DNA from: Phascolarctobacterium sp.
GTDB lineage: Bacteria; Bacillota; Negativicutes; Acidaminococcales; Acidaminococcaceae
Direction: 5' to 3'
Length of the DNA stretch: 64,000 nucleotides
Assembly (NCBI GenBank): GCA_034117325.1
Contig: JAXEPX010000009.1
Span: 3,208-67,207 of the forward strand
Positions 27,717 through 41,253 of this stretch are shown piece after piece (position 1 is the first letter of the stretch; every line of letters starts with the position of its first letter). Position numbers and translations under genes: made by a program. The notes beneath the pieces were generated by a model. That model saw only the letters and a program-made list of their open reading frames with translations. It was not told the DNA's origin and ran no database searches.

Positions 27717-27749
27717 CAGCTTGCAGAATAAATCTGCAAGCTGTTTTTT
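27717..27749 (+). terminator. Terminator of the toxin mRNA, overlapping the antitoxin promoter
   Basis: CAGCTTGCAG-AATAAAT-CTGCAAGCTG plus T6. Confidence 0.7.
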
Positions 27750-27755
27750 ATATAA

Positions 27756-29923
27756 TTAGAATGCCCATTGAGCGTCGATGGCACCGCCGATACCGCGTTG
27801 CTTGCCGAGCCAACCGGTTACGTTGAAGTCCAGGCTCATGTTCTTGCCGGACTGCAGCTTGTAGCCAGCCTCGATAATTGCGCTGTGGCCCTGCAGGGAC
27901 GGAGTGGGAGACTCAATGCCGTTGATTGCAGCCTCTGCGTCGCCGCCGAATTCATACTGCCATGCCAGACCTGCGTACGCTGCACTCTTCTCGTTAATAT
28001 CGGAGGTGTAGCGGCCGCCCAGACGGATGCGGTGGGAGTTCAGAGAGTCGAAGTCCACTGCTTCGCCCGTAGCGAGAGTAGCGTCGGAGTCAGCGATATG
28101 GGTGAAGTAGTAACGGCCATAGAGGTCGAGGGAAGCCTTCTCCGTGTAGCTGATTTCCTTGCCTGCGCCGAGGGTGAGGCCGTAGTAGGTAGCACTGTCG
28201 TCGTAGCTGGTAGCTGCGGATTTGTAATCGCTCTTTACTCTGCCAGCACGCAGGCTTGCGTCATAGTGTACGCCGTTTGCGTTTTTAATCTGGCCAAAGA
28301 GTACGCCGCCGGTGGACTTAATATCGCCCTCGCCATGAACAGCGCCGACATAGGAGTCGTAGTCGCCCCTGCCATGCTCTACAGCTACGCCGTAGGTAGC
28401 ATTGCCAGCAGTCTTCGCAAAGCCCACTGCTGCGTTCCAGCCGTCCACATCCACATGGGAACCGGTCTCATAGCGGGAATTGCTGCCGCCCACTGCTACG
28501 AAAGGAGCGAACGCTGCGTCCTTATCCTCGCCTGCAGCTGCCTTAGCCTGCATCATACCGGAGCTCAGCATGAAGTCGGTCATATTGTTCACTACATAAC
28601 CTGCAACTGCGCGGGTCTCGACTACGGATTTACCGTTGTCGTTAACAGTCCCTTCGTGGATTTCTAGGTTGATAGACTTTTTATCTTCGGAGAGAGTAAG
28701 TTCAGCTTCGTAGGAAATGGTAGCGCCTTGATTGAGAGTGCGGGTTTTATTCTCTACGCTGTCAAAGCCATCAAATACACCGTCGGTATACTCATCATTA
28801 TCCAAAACATCCTCTAGATTTTCTTTGGCAATCAAAGCAATGGTCTTATTGGCTGCATTACCGCTAGTGCCTGCGAGAGTGATGTCGAATTTATTGGGAA
28901 TTTTTTCAGAAATAGATGTAGTATTATCATCTGAAATCTTTAGCATGGAGTCGCCATCAGTAAAGGGATTGGTGATAACAAAGTTTAAAGATTTTTCTGC
29001 CTCGATATCTCTAGCTTGATTGTTAAAGTTGGCAATATATAAATCGTCGCAACCATAAACGTGGTTTTTGATTATAGAGCCATTAGCGATAGCAATTTTG
29101 TTACCTGTAGCAGCACCGTTTTCAGAATAACCGCCGACAAGATTGTACCCTATCTTGGAATTTGATACGATAACTATGTTGTTATTGGCTGTTTTATCTG
29201 TTTCTTTAGAATAACCACCAAAAACTGAATCATCTGTTTTGGAGTCAATTATTTTAACAATGTTGCCGTTAGCGTTGCCCTTGTAAGAGATGCCGCATTT
29301 AATGTTGTATACAGTAGCGTTAGTAATGGTAACGGAGTTGCCATTAGCATCGCCCGTCCCCGCGGCATAGCCGCCATAAACCGTTTTTTCAACCTTAGCG
29401 CCATTAGTGATAGTAACAGAGTTGTCATTAGCATCGCCAGAGCCTTCAGCATAGCCGCCATAGACCGAATTAGTTACCTTTGAATTATTTATTTCCACAC
29501 TGTTACTGATAACATTACCAGCATCCACAGAACGTGCTCCCGAAACATAGTTGATTTCACTGCCGTTAGAAATAACAACATGGTTATTGGTAGCATCTCC
29601 TTTTATAACAAAGATACCATTAGTATAAGCAAGCTTAGAATTATTAATGATAACTTTGTAATTAGAGAGTTTGTCATTAGGGTCAGATGGTTTCCAGTAA
29701 GCAACCATGCCATAATCTTCATTTCCATCAATAGTGATGGTGTCTGCACTAATTGTTTTATTTGCATCAGGAATACCAGATGTTTCAGCTACGCCAGCCG
29801 CTTGCACCACGCCCGGTAGCACCACTGCAGATGAAAAAATACCAGCGAAAAATAGTTTAGTTATTTGCCCCCCCCCAATTTTCTTTGTGCTTGTTTTGCT
29901 TTTAATTTGCTTAAGAATGTCAT
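27756..29923 (-). pseudogene. Autotransporter (type Va) adhesin, frameshifted at a poly-G tract in the signal-peptide region (phase OFF)
   Basis: RBS AAGGAGG plus ATG 29923 runs into TAA after G9. G10 gives MTFLSKLKAKQAQRKLGGGQITKLFFAGIFSSAVVLPGVVQAA in frame with the 689-aa ORF. Beta-barrel ends ...IDAQWAF. Confidence 0.85.
29868..29876 (-). repeat. G9 homopolymer (candidate slipped-strand switch)
   Basis: Nine consecutive C on the + strand. Confidence 0.9.
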
Positions 29924-30146
29924 AAATATAACCTCCTTGAAGTAATTTCGACCTAGCAGCGCAGCGTTTGCCCTAGCCTCGTAGCGCGCCACTAGACTCA
30001 GGATATACCTTCGTTGCTTATAATATAGCATAAAGCGCACTTCTACACCCCACCCCAACGGCTGATTTTGGGTAGGAAGGAGGAAATTTTTTAGGAAAAA
30101 GCACTGCGTTAGAGTGAAAATTAAAATTTTGCTACGAAAGCTCTTG

Positions 30147-30172
30147 AAAGGCTCCCCTTGCAAGGGGAGGCT
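30147..30172. repeat. Truncated family-3 REP-like hairpin
   Basis: AAAGGCTCCCCTTGCAAGGGGAGG, nearly identical to 49178-49200. Confidence 0.7.
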
Positions 30173-30237
30173 AACTTTCTAGCTGATTTTGTGGTATAAT
30201 AAAATAGCGCAAAAATAGATGGAGGTTACTTAACAAG

Positions 30238-34597
<4,360 letters not shown>

Positions 34598-34603
34598 ATG
34601 ATG

Positions 34604-34777
34604 ATTCGCAAATTATATATCTCTTCAGTCAACTGAGATTTCTTAACGCGAATTTCGTTGGGAACAATTACGAAATCTCGACAAACTCGCTAACGCTCAA
34701 ACATGTCTCGATTTCTATTGTTCCATCAACTTATTCGCTAAAATCTCAATTCCTTCCGAGATATTATAATTTGCTCA
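34604..34777 (+). repeat. Family-1 palindromic element, copy B
   Basis: ATTCGCAAATTA...TAATTTGCTCA ends with the same core as copy A; arms differ but remain complementary. Confidence 0.88.
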
Positions 34778-34816
34778 ATTTAGTTTAGGAAGATTTTCCG
34801 AAAATAAATTGTTAGG

Positions 34817-34870
34817 AAAGGCGCCCCTTTAGGGGAGCTGGCTGCGAGCGTAGCGAGCAGACTGAGGGGT
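34817..34870 (+). repeat. Family-3 REP-like element
   Basis: AGGGGAGCTGGCTGCGAGCGTAGCGAGCAGACTGAGGGGT. Confidence 0.8.
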
Positions 34871-34899
34871 CATTTGAGCGTTATTTAAGGAGAAAAAAC

Positions 34900-35586
34900 A
34901 TGAGAAAAACTATAAATTTACTAATAATGCTGTTGTGTCTCATTACTTCCGTGAGTGCCCTCGCCGCTCCGAAGGAGGAAATCAGTTCCATTGACGCGCT
35001 GGATAAGGGCGTGGCGGATACGGGCGAGACGCATTTTACGAAGGGCGAGAAGCAGCTGGTGGAGTGCACGCTGCCCTATACGGTGGCAGTGCTGCCGATT
35101 GTAGATACGTCCGGCCTGGAGGGGCGCAGTCGTGAGATGGCGGTGGGCGCAGTGAAGGATGCCTTGAAGAAGAAGTATCCCGGTAAGGCTACGAGTGTTA
35201 CGCACATTGTGAATAATAATCTGCTACAGCAGGCTCTGGTGGCACATCCGATGGAGAATCCCGAGGTGCCGACCTTAAATGAGCTGGTGGCTATTGGCGA
35301 GGCCTGTGGTGCGGACAGGGTAATTTTCGTGAGCATTCTGCCGGCGCGTGAGAAGGAAACGGGCTTTATGGTGATTGCAGGCACGCAGACCTATAGTGCG
35401 ACGGTGCTGATGAAGCTGAAGTGCGTGGATGTGAATGAGGAGAAGTTCCTCTTTAATCAGAATGTGGAGGGCATTGGCTCCTCTACCTCCATTAATTTCT
35501 GGAAGATTGGCGAGCCGAGCAAAGCGAAGGCTGTGAAGCGCGGCGTGAATGATTGCATGGAGTTTTTCCTGACGAGCTTCGAGTAA
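34900..35586 (+). CDS. Exported hypothetical protein (possible TolB-N/CsgG-like fold)
   Basis: Signal peptide ending ...SALA; TVAVLPIVD and GEACGADRVIFV pattern. The fold call is inference. Confidence 0.7.
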   Translation: MRKTINLLIMLLCLITSVSALAAPKEEISSIDALDKGVADTGETHFTKGEKQLVECTLPYTVAVLPIVDTSGLEGRSREMAVGAVKDALKKKYPGKATSVTHIVNNNLLQQALVAHPMENPEVPTLNELVAIGEACGADRVIFVSILPAREKETGFMVIAGTQTYSATVLMKLKCVDVNEEKFLFNQNVEGIGSSTSINFWKIGEPSKAKAVKRGVNDCMEFFLTSFE

Positions 35587-35626
35587 TGCGAATAATTTGA
35601 GAAACCTTTTAATAGGAGGTGTGATT

Positions 35627-36502
35627 ATGGAAATTCAGGAATGGAAAGAGTATGTGCAGAAGGTTACGACCTGGGATATTCCCCTGCCGATGGGCATGGT
35701 AAGCAATATGGATGACTGGAAGTGCCGCAGTATTGTGGGACGATCCCTCCTGATGATGAAGGATGTGGAGGGCGCGATGAATGTACTGGCTACGGTGCGC
35801 GAGATTGAGCCGAATATGGACGATGCGCCGGAGTTTGGCTTTAGTGAGGCGGAGCATATGGTGCTGTGCCTGCGCGATTTGGCGGAAATTATCTGGATGC
35901 TGACGGGCACGGGTGATGCGCCTGCGTTCTACCTGAAGCGTGCGGATAAGCTGTGTCGTGCTTATAAGCATGTCTTCCGTGCTGCGGACAGGGGCAAGAT
36001 CTGGGTGCGTCGCCTGGAGCTGATGCGTTCCTGCGGCATGGAGGCGGAGGCCTTGGGCGAGGCGAGTGCAGCTATTGAGGCGGAGAAGGCGAAGCTGGCG
36101 CAGACTGGCGAGGCTTCCGATTGGACTGTGAACCTGGAGCCGGGCGCGAATCCGTATATCTTCCGCGCGCTGATTTTTATGGCGGAGAGTATGGCGGCTA
36201 AGGAGGAGTATAGCAAGGCAGCGCTCTTAATTGAGGACGCGTATGCGTACTATCCTTGCACGGAGGCTACCCGTAAGGACTTGGCAGAGGCGAAGGCGGC
36301 AGCGGAGCCGGCGGAGCGCTATGCTAAGCTGCTGCACTGCACGACGATTCCCTATCAGCCGTGGGAGCGGGATAATATCCCCACGCTGGAGGATGTGCAT
36401 CGTCTGCAGGAGGAGAATTTCCTGAAACGCGAGGCAGCGAAGGCTGGCGGTGGCGTCGAGGGGACGATGGACCTGATGCAGAAGTTCCAACAGGGAGAAT
36501 AA
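35627..36502 (+). CDS. Hypothetical helical (TPR-like) protein
   Basis: RBS AGGAGG; Ala/Glu-rich helical sequence; no catalytic motif recognised. Confidence 0.7.
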   Translation: MEIQEWKEYVQKVTTWDIPLPMGMVSNMDDWKCRSIVGRSLLMMKDVEGAMNVLATVREIEPNMDDAPEFGFSEAEHMVLCLRDLAEIIWMLTGTGDAPAFYLKRADKLCRAYKHVFRAADRGKIWVRRLELMRSCGMEAEALGEASAAIEAEKAKLAQTGEASDWTVNLEPGANPYIFRALIFMAESMAAKEEYSKAALLIEDAYAYYPCTEATRKDLAEAKAAAEPAERYAKLLHCTTIPYQPWERDNIPTLEDVHRLQEENFLKREAAKAGGGVEGTMDLMQKFQQGE

Positions 36503-36511
36503 TTCAACTTT

Positions 36512-36571
36512 AAGAGCAATTAGTTATCGGCTATGCAATGTTCGCCTTACCGATAAGCTAATTGCTCTTTT
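36512..36571. terminator. Long hairpin sharing end sequences with family-1 copy A
   Basis: AAGAGCAATTAGTTATCGG...CCGATAAGCTAATTGCTCTT plus T-rich tail. Confidence 0.65.
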
Positions 36572-36699
36572 CTTCACTGATCGTTAATCAAACGTTTAAA
36601 TCATTTGATTAACGATTTTTGTGCATCCTATTCTGAAAACTGATACAATGATATTTAGCTGTATTATAGAAAAATTTATGAGAAGGGATGTATAAGGAT

Positions 36700-37977
36700 A
36701 TGAAAAAGAAGTTATTAGCTTTTGCTGTGGCTGCGGCTTTGTTAGCTCCGCAGGCTGTTGGCGCTGAAGGCTTTGCAATTTATGAATGGTCCGCTGAAGG
36801 TCTGGCAATGGGTGGTGCGCGTATGTTCGCAGAGAACGATGCTGCGAATATGGCTTACAACCCCGCTTCTATTACGAAGGTTAAGGGTGAGGCTGCGAAG
36901 ATTTCTGCAACCTATCTCAGCCCGCATGGCAAGTATGATGCATATCAAGGCGAAAACATTGTAGAATCCGGTCATAACCGTGTTCACCCTGCATGGGCGC
37001 CTGGTATGTACTATGTAAAGCAAATGAACGATAAAGAATGGATCGGTATGGGTACCTATAGCCGTTTTGGCATGGTTTCCCAGTTCGAGCGTAATTCTTT
37101 GGCTGGTACTAACGCTTTTAGCTCTAAGCTGAATGGTATTTCCTTAGGCATTAACTATGCACGTAAGCTGGACAAGAAGTTTACTGCTTCTTTAGGTGCT
37201 GAAGTAAACTATGTTGGCCTGCAATTAGATAAGAACCAAGGTATTCAGACTGAAACTCCGTTAGGTGTTGTTGGTGGCCGTGGTGGTATGCATATTGAGG
37301 GCGATAGCTATGCACTGGGCTGGAATGCTGCAGCTAATTATGAGTTTGATGATAAGAACGAAATCGGTGTAGTATATCGCAGCAAGATTACTCATTCCAT
37401 GGAGGCAGATTATGACTTCCATCCCAGCATGGCTTTGTATAGCGCTAATGGTGTAGTACCTGTTGGTGTTACCCATATGAAGGGTGGCGCTTATGGCGTT
37501 GTTACTCTGCCTGAAAGCATCGATGTTGGTTATTCTCATAAATTCAATGATAAGACTCGTATCGAGGCTAGATATACCTGGACTCGTTGGGAACGTTATG
37601 ATGCTCTGAATATGAACTTTGATACTTTGGGATATGTAGAGCAACCGAAGAATTGGTCCAATGGCCAACGCTTTGCTCTTGGCTTGGAGCATAAATTCAG
37701 TGATAAATATTCTGGCTTAATGGGTATTGCATATGATAAGTCTTCCATTCCTTACGATGGTGGCGACTTCATGATTCCGACTGGTACTCGTACTACTTAT
37801 GGTTTAGGTGCGCAATATCATGATAAGAAGCAAACCTTAGGCTTTGCTTTGGCATGGATGAATGTTGGTTGCCTTGATTTTGCTGGCCACCCTGCAAAAG
37901 GTGATGCTTTCACTTCTGCTCACACTCGCGACAGCTACACGAAGATTGCTTCCATTTCTTACCAACGTAATTTCTAA
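36700..37977 (+). CDS. OmpP1/FadL/TodX-family outer-membrane transporter
   Basis: EGFAIYEWSAEGLAMGGA N-terminus, AYNPASI, WTRWERY, C-terminal Phe. Confidence 0.85.
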   Translation: MKKKLLAFAVAAALLAPQAVGAEGFAIYEWSAEGLAMGGARMFAENDAANMAYNPASITKVKGEAAKISATYLSPHGKYDAYQGENIVESGHNRVHPAWAPGMYYVKQMNDKEWIGMGTYSRFGMVSQFERNSLAGTNAFSSKLNGISLGINYARKLDKKFTASLGAEVNYVGLQLDKNQGIQTETPLGVVGGRGGMHIEGDSYALGWNAAANYEFDDKNEIGVVYRSKITHSMEADYDFHPSMALYSANGVVPVGVTHMKGGAYGVVTLPESIDVGYSHKFNDKTRIEARYTWTRWERYDALNMNFDTLGYVEQPKNWSNGQRFALGLEHKFSDKYSGLMGIAYDKSSIPYDGGDFMIPTGTRTTYGLGAQYHDKKQTLGFALAWMNVGCLDFAGHPAKGDAFTSAHTRDSYTKIASISYQRNF

Positions 37978-37988
37978 TCTAAAAATTT

Positions 37989-38022
37989 AAGGCCTTCCCC
38001 GTGCGTGGGGAGGGCCTTTTTT
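37989..38022 (+). terminator. Terminator after the fadL-like gene
   Basis: AAGGCCTTCCCC...GGGGAGGGCCTT plus T-run. Confidence 0.8.
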
Positions 38023-38103
38023 AGTTCTTGCCAAGGGATGGATTGTGGAGTAGAATTTAAAGTGTAGATGCTAAATAAGTAATAATTTCAGAAAGGTTGT
38101 GTC

Positions 38104-38457
38104 ATGATGTTATTTGTATGCTATGCGAAATGCGGGACCTGCAAGAAGGCCGAGAAATATTTATTAGACAAGGGCTTCACGCTGGAAAAACGCGATATTA
38201 AGGAGGAGAAGCCCACCTTAGAGGAGCTCAAGGCGTGGTATAAGGCGAGCGGCCTGCCCCTGAAGCGCTTTTATAACACCAGTGGCAAGCTGTATAAGGA
38301 ATTGAATTTGAAAGAAAAAATCCCCACCATGACTGAGGAGGAGCAGCTGGAGCTGCTCGCTAGCGACGGGATGCTAGTGAAGCGCCCCATCGTAGTCAAT
38401 GGTGAGGATGTGCTTATTGGCTTCAAGGAAGCGGAGTATGCAGAGAAGGGGTTATAA
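38104..38457 (+). CDS. ArsC/Spx-family thioredoxin-fold protein
   Basis: KCGTCKKA CxxC; FYNTSG; DGMLVKRPI. Confidence 0.88.
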   Translation: MMLFVCYAKCGTCKKAEKYLLDKGFTLEKRDIKEEKPTLEELKAWYKASGLPLKRFYNTSGKLYKELNLKEKIPTMTEEEQLELLASDGMLVKRPIVVNGEDVLIGFKEAEYAEKGL

Positions 38458-38510
38458 GGATCAGTGCTCTCTCCGTCAGCTCGGGTTTAGTGAATGCGTG
38501 TATTTACTAA

Positions 38511-38629
38511 ACCCCTCAGTCAGCTTCGCTGACAGCTCCCCTTTGCCCCTAAAGGGATTAGTACGACCAGCACGTTCTCACTGCGCTACGCTTGTGACAA
38601 CGTGGGTCTTAGCGTCAAGGGGAGCCTTT
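38511..38629 (-). repeat. Family-3 REP-like element with a ~70-bp nested insert
   Basis: ACCCCTCAGTCAGCTTCGCTGACAGCTCCCC...AAGGGGAGCC, with an internal hairpin ACGTTCTCAC-TGCGCTACGCTT-GTGACAACGT. Confidence 0.75.
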
Positions 38630-38668
38630 CTTAAGTCTTTACAATGACGGTGCTGTGCAGAGCAGCCT

Positions 38669-39292
38669 TTAGTTAGCTCTAGGTAGCTCTACGTAGGTGG
38701 TGCCGGCGGCGTAGCAGTCGAGGTAGTAGGGATAGTACATCAGGTAGACCTTGCCGTTTTGCAAAATATAGAACTGGCTAACCTCCATCTGCTCAGGCTT
38801 AATATATTCGAGGAAGGGAGCATCGCTGCGGGTTTTCAGGTCGGCCATATATACGGGAAAGCTGCCATTGGCGATGCCGTTATACAGTTCAACGCTGGTA
38901 ACAGGATTAGTAAAGGTGAAATAGGGCACTCGTTCGCCTGTATGCTTGTCGTAGACGATACCATTGTCATAGTACATACCGTGCGCGCCGCCGAGGTAAT
39001 CCCAGGGAGTTATCACAAGGTTTACATAGGTGTCAGTTTCTTCAATGATTTTATACTGGAGTCCAACCTCCACCACCTCAGGATCCTTGCCCTTGGCTAG
39101 CTTTTTCACGTTGTTAACAAAACCGAGAATATCATTATTAATCAAATCAGCAGCTTCCTGGCTTTCCAAAGTGAAGACAGGGTAGCTGCATTTATATTTT
39201 TTGCCCGTTTCCACCTGTTCTGTAATGGCAGCAAAGGCGGTAGCGCAGAGGGTGAATGAGAGTCCGAGAGCGAGAAGCGTCTTTTTGAGCAT
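38669..39292 (-). CDS. Exported protein, DUF3298/RsiV-PdaC-like
   Basis: Signal peptide ending ...TAFA; YPVF...INNDI, DYLGGAHG, YPYYLDCYAAG. Confidence 0.65.
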   Translation of the reverse strand: MLKKTLLALGLSFTLCATAFAAITEQVETGKKYKCSYPVFTLESQEAADLINNDILGFVNNVKKLAKGKDPEVVEVGLQYKIIEETDTYVNLVITPWDYLGGAHGMYYDNGIVYDKHTGERVPYFTFTNPVTSVELYNGIANGSFPVYMADLKTRSDAPFLEYIKPEQMEVSQFYILQNGKVYLMYYPYYLDCYAAGTTYVELPRAN

Positions 39293-39409
39293 GATGGTGC
39301 CTCCTTTTTGTTTGCGTTTTCTAACATTATAGTATAAAATATCATAGTAGTTGTAAAGGGATAAGTTGAGAAATTTTTGCAAATTAAATACAAGCTTTGG
39401 GGGAGTACT

Positions 39410-40093
39410 ATGTTAGGAACAATTGTCAATGTGAGCTGCATTCTGATGGGCTCGGTAATCGGTAGCTTTGTCAGTCGTGGCATTAATGAAAAATATAAAA
39501 CTGCGTTGTTCGATGGTCTGGGCCTCGCGACTGTGGGCCTGGGAGCAAACGCCTTCGTCAGCAATATGCCGAAGGTTAGCTATCCCGTGCTCTTTATCGC
39601 GAGCATTGCGATTGGCACCATTATCGGCACACGTCTCGATTTAGATGGGCGCTTTCACGGCCTTTTGGAAAAGGCTAAGGGTGGCTCCAAGCTGGCAGAG
39701 GGCCTGTCCACGGCCATCCTACTCTTCTGCATCGGCACTCTGTCTATTTTGGGACCTATCGAGAGTCGTTTAAATGGCAATAATACCTACCTGTTTACGA
39801 ATGCGACGCTGGACTTTGTGTCCTCGATTATCCTGTCCTCCGCCTATGGCATCGGCATTGCGCTGGCGGCGCTGGTGCTCTTTTGCTGGCAGGGCAGCAT
39901 TTATCTTTTTGCGGGCGTCATTGCGCCCTACATGACCCCGGCGCTGATGGGCGAGATCAGCGTGCTGGGAGGCATTTTTCTGATGAGCTCGGGCCTGGGC
40001 ATTTTGCAGATTCGCGATTGCAAGACGTTGAACATGCTGCCAGCCTTGATTGTGCCGCCACTTTTTTATGCGGTAATGAGCTTTTTCCATTAA
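39410..40093 (+). CDS. DUF554 (YdfK-like) membrane protein
   Basis: MLGTIVNV...GS; FCIGTLSILGPIES; LNMLPAL. Confidence 0.88.
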   Translation: MLGTIVNVSCILMGSVIGSFVSRGINEKYKTALFDGLGLATVGLGANAFVSNMPKVSYPVLFIASIAIGTIIGTRLDLDGRFHGLLEKAKGGSKLAEGLSTAILLFCIGTLSILGPIESRLNGNNTYLFTNATLDFVSSIILSSAYGIGIALAALVLFCWQGSIYLFAGVIAPYMTPALMGEISVLGGIFLMSSGLGILQIRDCKTLNMLPALIVPPLFYAVMSFFH

Positions 40094-40297
40094 GCAAGCA
40101 GTAAATTAATAAGTTAGTAGAGTCCTACGCGTGAGGCTGGGGACTCTACTTTTTCTTTTGCGAAGGCTTTTCGAGCAGAAATTTAGGAATATGAGGACTG
40201 CAGGCTGAATAAGTGTTGACAAGTGCATTTATATGAAATATGCTATTACTGGAACATTGTAAGGTTCACTTTTTTAAGAAAGAGTAAGAGGATAAAT

Positions 40298-41173
40298 ATG
40301 AAAAAAATATTAGTATTATTAATAATAGCAGTAAATATTTTGGCGGGCTGCGGTGGCAGCGGTAGTGCTGATAAAAATAAGCTGCAGGTAGCTGCAAGCT
40401 TCTACCCCATGGCTGAATTTGCTCAGGCTGTGGGCGGGCAATACGTTGAGGTGACTACGCTGGTGCCCGATGGAGCTGAGCCCCACGATTGGGAGCCGAG
40501 TCCTAAGGACATCTCTCGCTTAGGTAAAGCGCAGGTTTTCGTGTACAACGGCATCGTGGAGCCCTGGGCTGAGCAGGCCGTGAAGGCGCTGGGCGAGCGA
40601 AAGCTGGTGGCTGTGGAGGCTGGCAAGGGACTCTATGAGCGGCAGGGCAAGCAGGACCCCCATGTTTGGGTAAGCCCGAAGAAGGCGATGCACGAGGTGG
40701 AGCAGATTGCAGCGGCCTTGGCTCAGGCGGATGCACAGCATGCGGAGGCTTATAAGGCTAATGCGAAGGAATATATTGGCAAGCTCGCTGCGCTTGATAA
40801 AAAATTAACTGAGGTGGCTAATAAGGCGCCGAAGAAGGTTTTCGTAACTGCGCATGCAGCCTTTGGGCATTTGGCTAATGATTATGGTCTGCAGCAGCTG
40901 AGCGTGAAGGGGATCAGCGCTGAGGCAGAGCCAACTCCGGGTGATTTGCAGCGCTTAATCGCTACTGTAAAGCAGGAAAAGGTGCGCTATGTGTTCTTTG
41001 AAACGCTGACGGACCCGAAAATTGCGAAATTAGTAGCGCAGGAGACAGGAGCGCAAACTGCAGTGCTCGACCCGCTCGAGGGCCTTGATGAGCCTGGTCG
41101 CAAGGCAGGCCTTGATTATCTGAAAATCACGGAGCAAAATATTGCTAATTTAGCAAAGGCGCTCAACGAATAA
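40298..41173 (+). CDS. Zn/Mn ABC transporter substrate-binding lipoprotein (ZnuA/AdcA-like)
   Basis: Lipobox LAGC; EPHDWEP, DPHVW, TAHAAF, DPLE. Confidence 0.9.
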   Translation: MKKILVLLIIAVNILAGCGGSGSADKNKLQVAASFYPMAEFAQAVGGQYVEVTTLVPDGAEPHDWEPSPKDISRLGKAQVFVYNGIVEPWAEQAVKALGERKLVAVEAGKGLYERQGKQDPHVWVSPKKAMHEVEQIAAALAQADAQHAEAYKANAKEYIGKLAALDKKLTEVANKAPKKVFVTAHAAFGHLANDYGLQQLSVKGISAEAEPTPGDLQRLIATVKQEKVRYVFFETLTDPKIAKLVAQETGAQTAVLDPLEGLDEPGRKAGLDYLKITEQNIANLAKALNE

Positions 41174-41253
41174 TTTAAGCTAATTTTACTTAATTCAGCT
41201 GCTGGGGCATAACGCTATTAAGCCTCAGTTCAGCAGGCATAGGAATAATAGAT

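Noticed and set aside
29861-30163. 100-aa ORF as an independent gene
   Set aside because: Only its last 20 codons have an RBS, and they are the out-of-frame start of the autotransporter.
40200-40297. Zur box upstream of the Zn ABC operon
   Set aside because: A TTGACA is present, but I found no convincing Zur-type palindrome.
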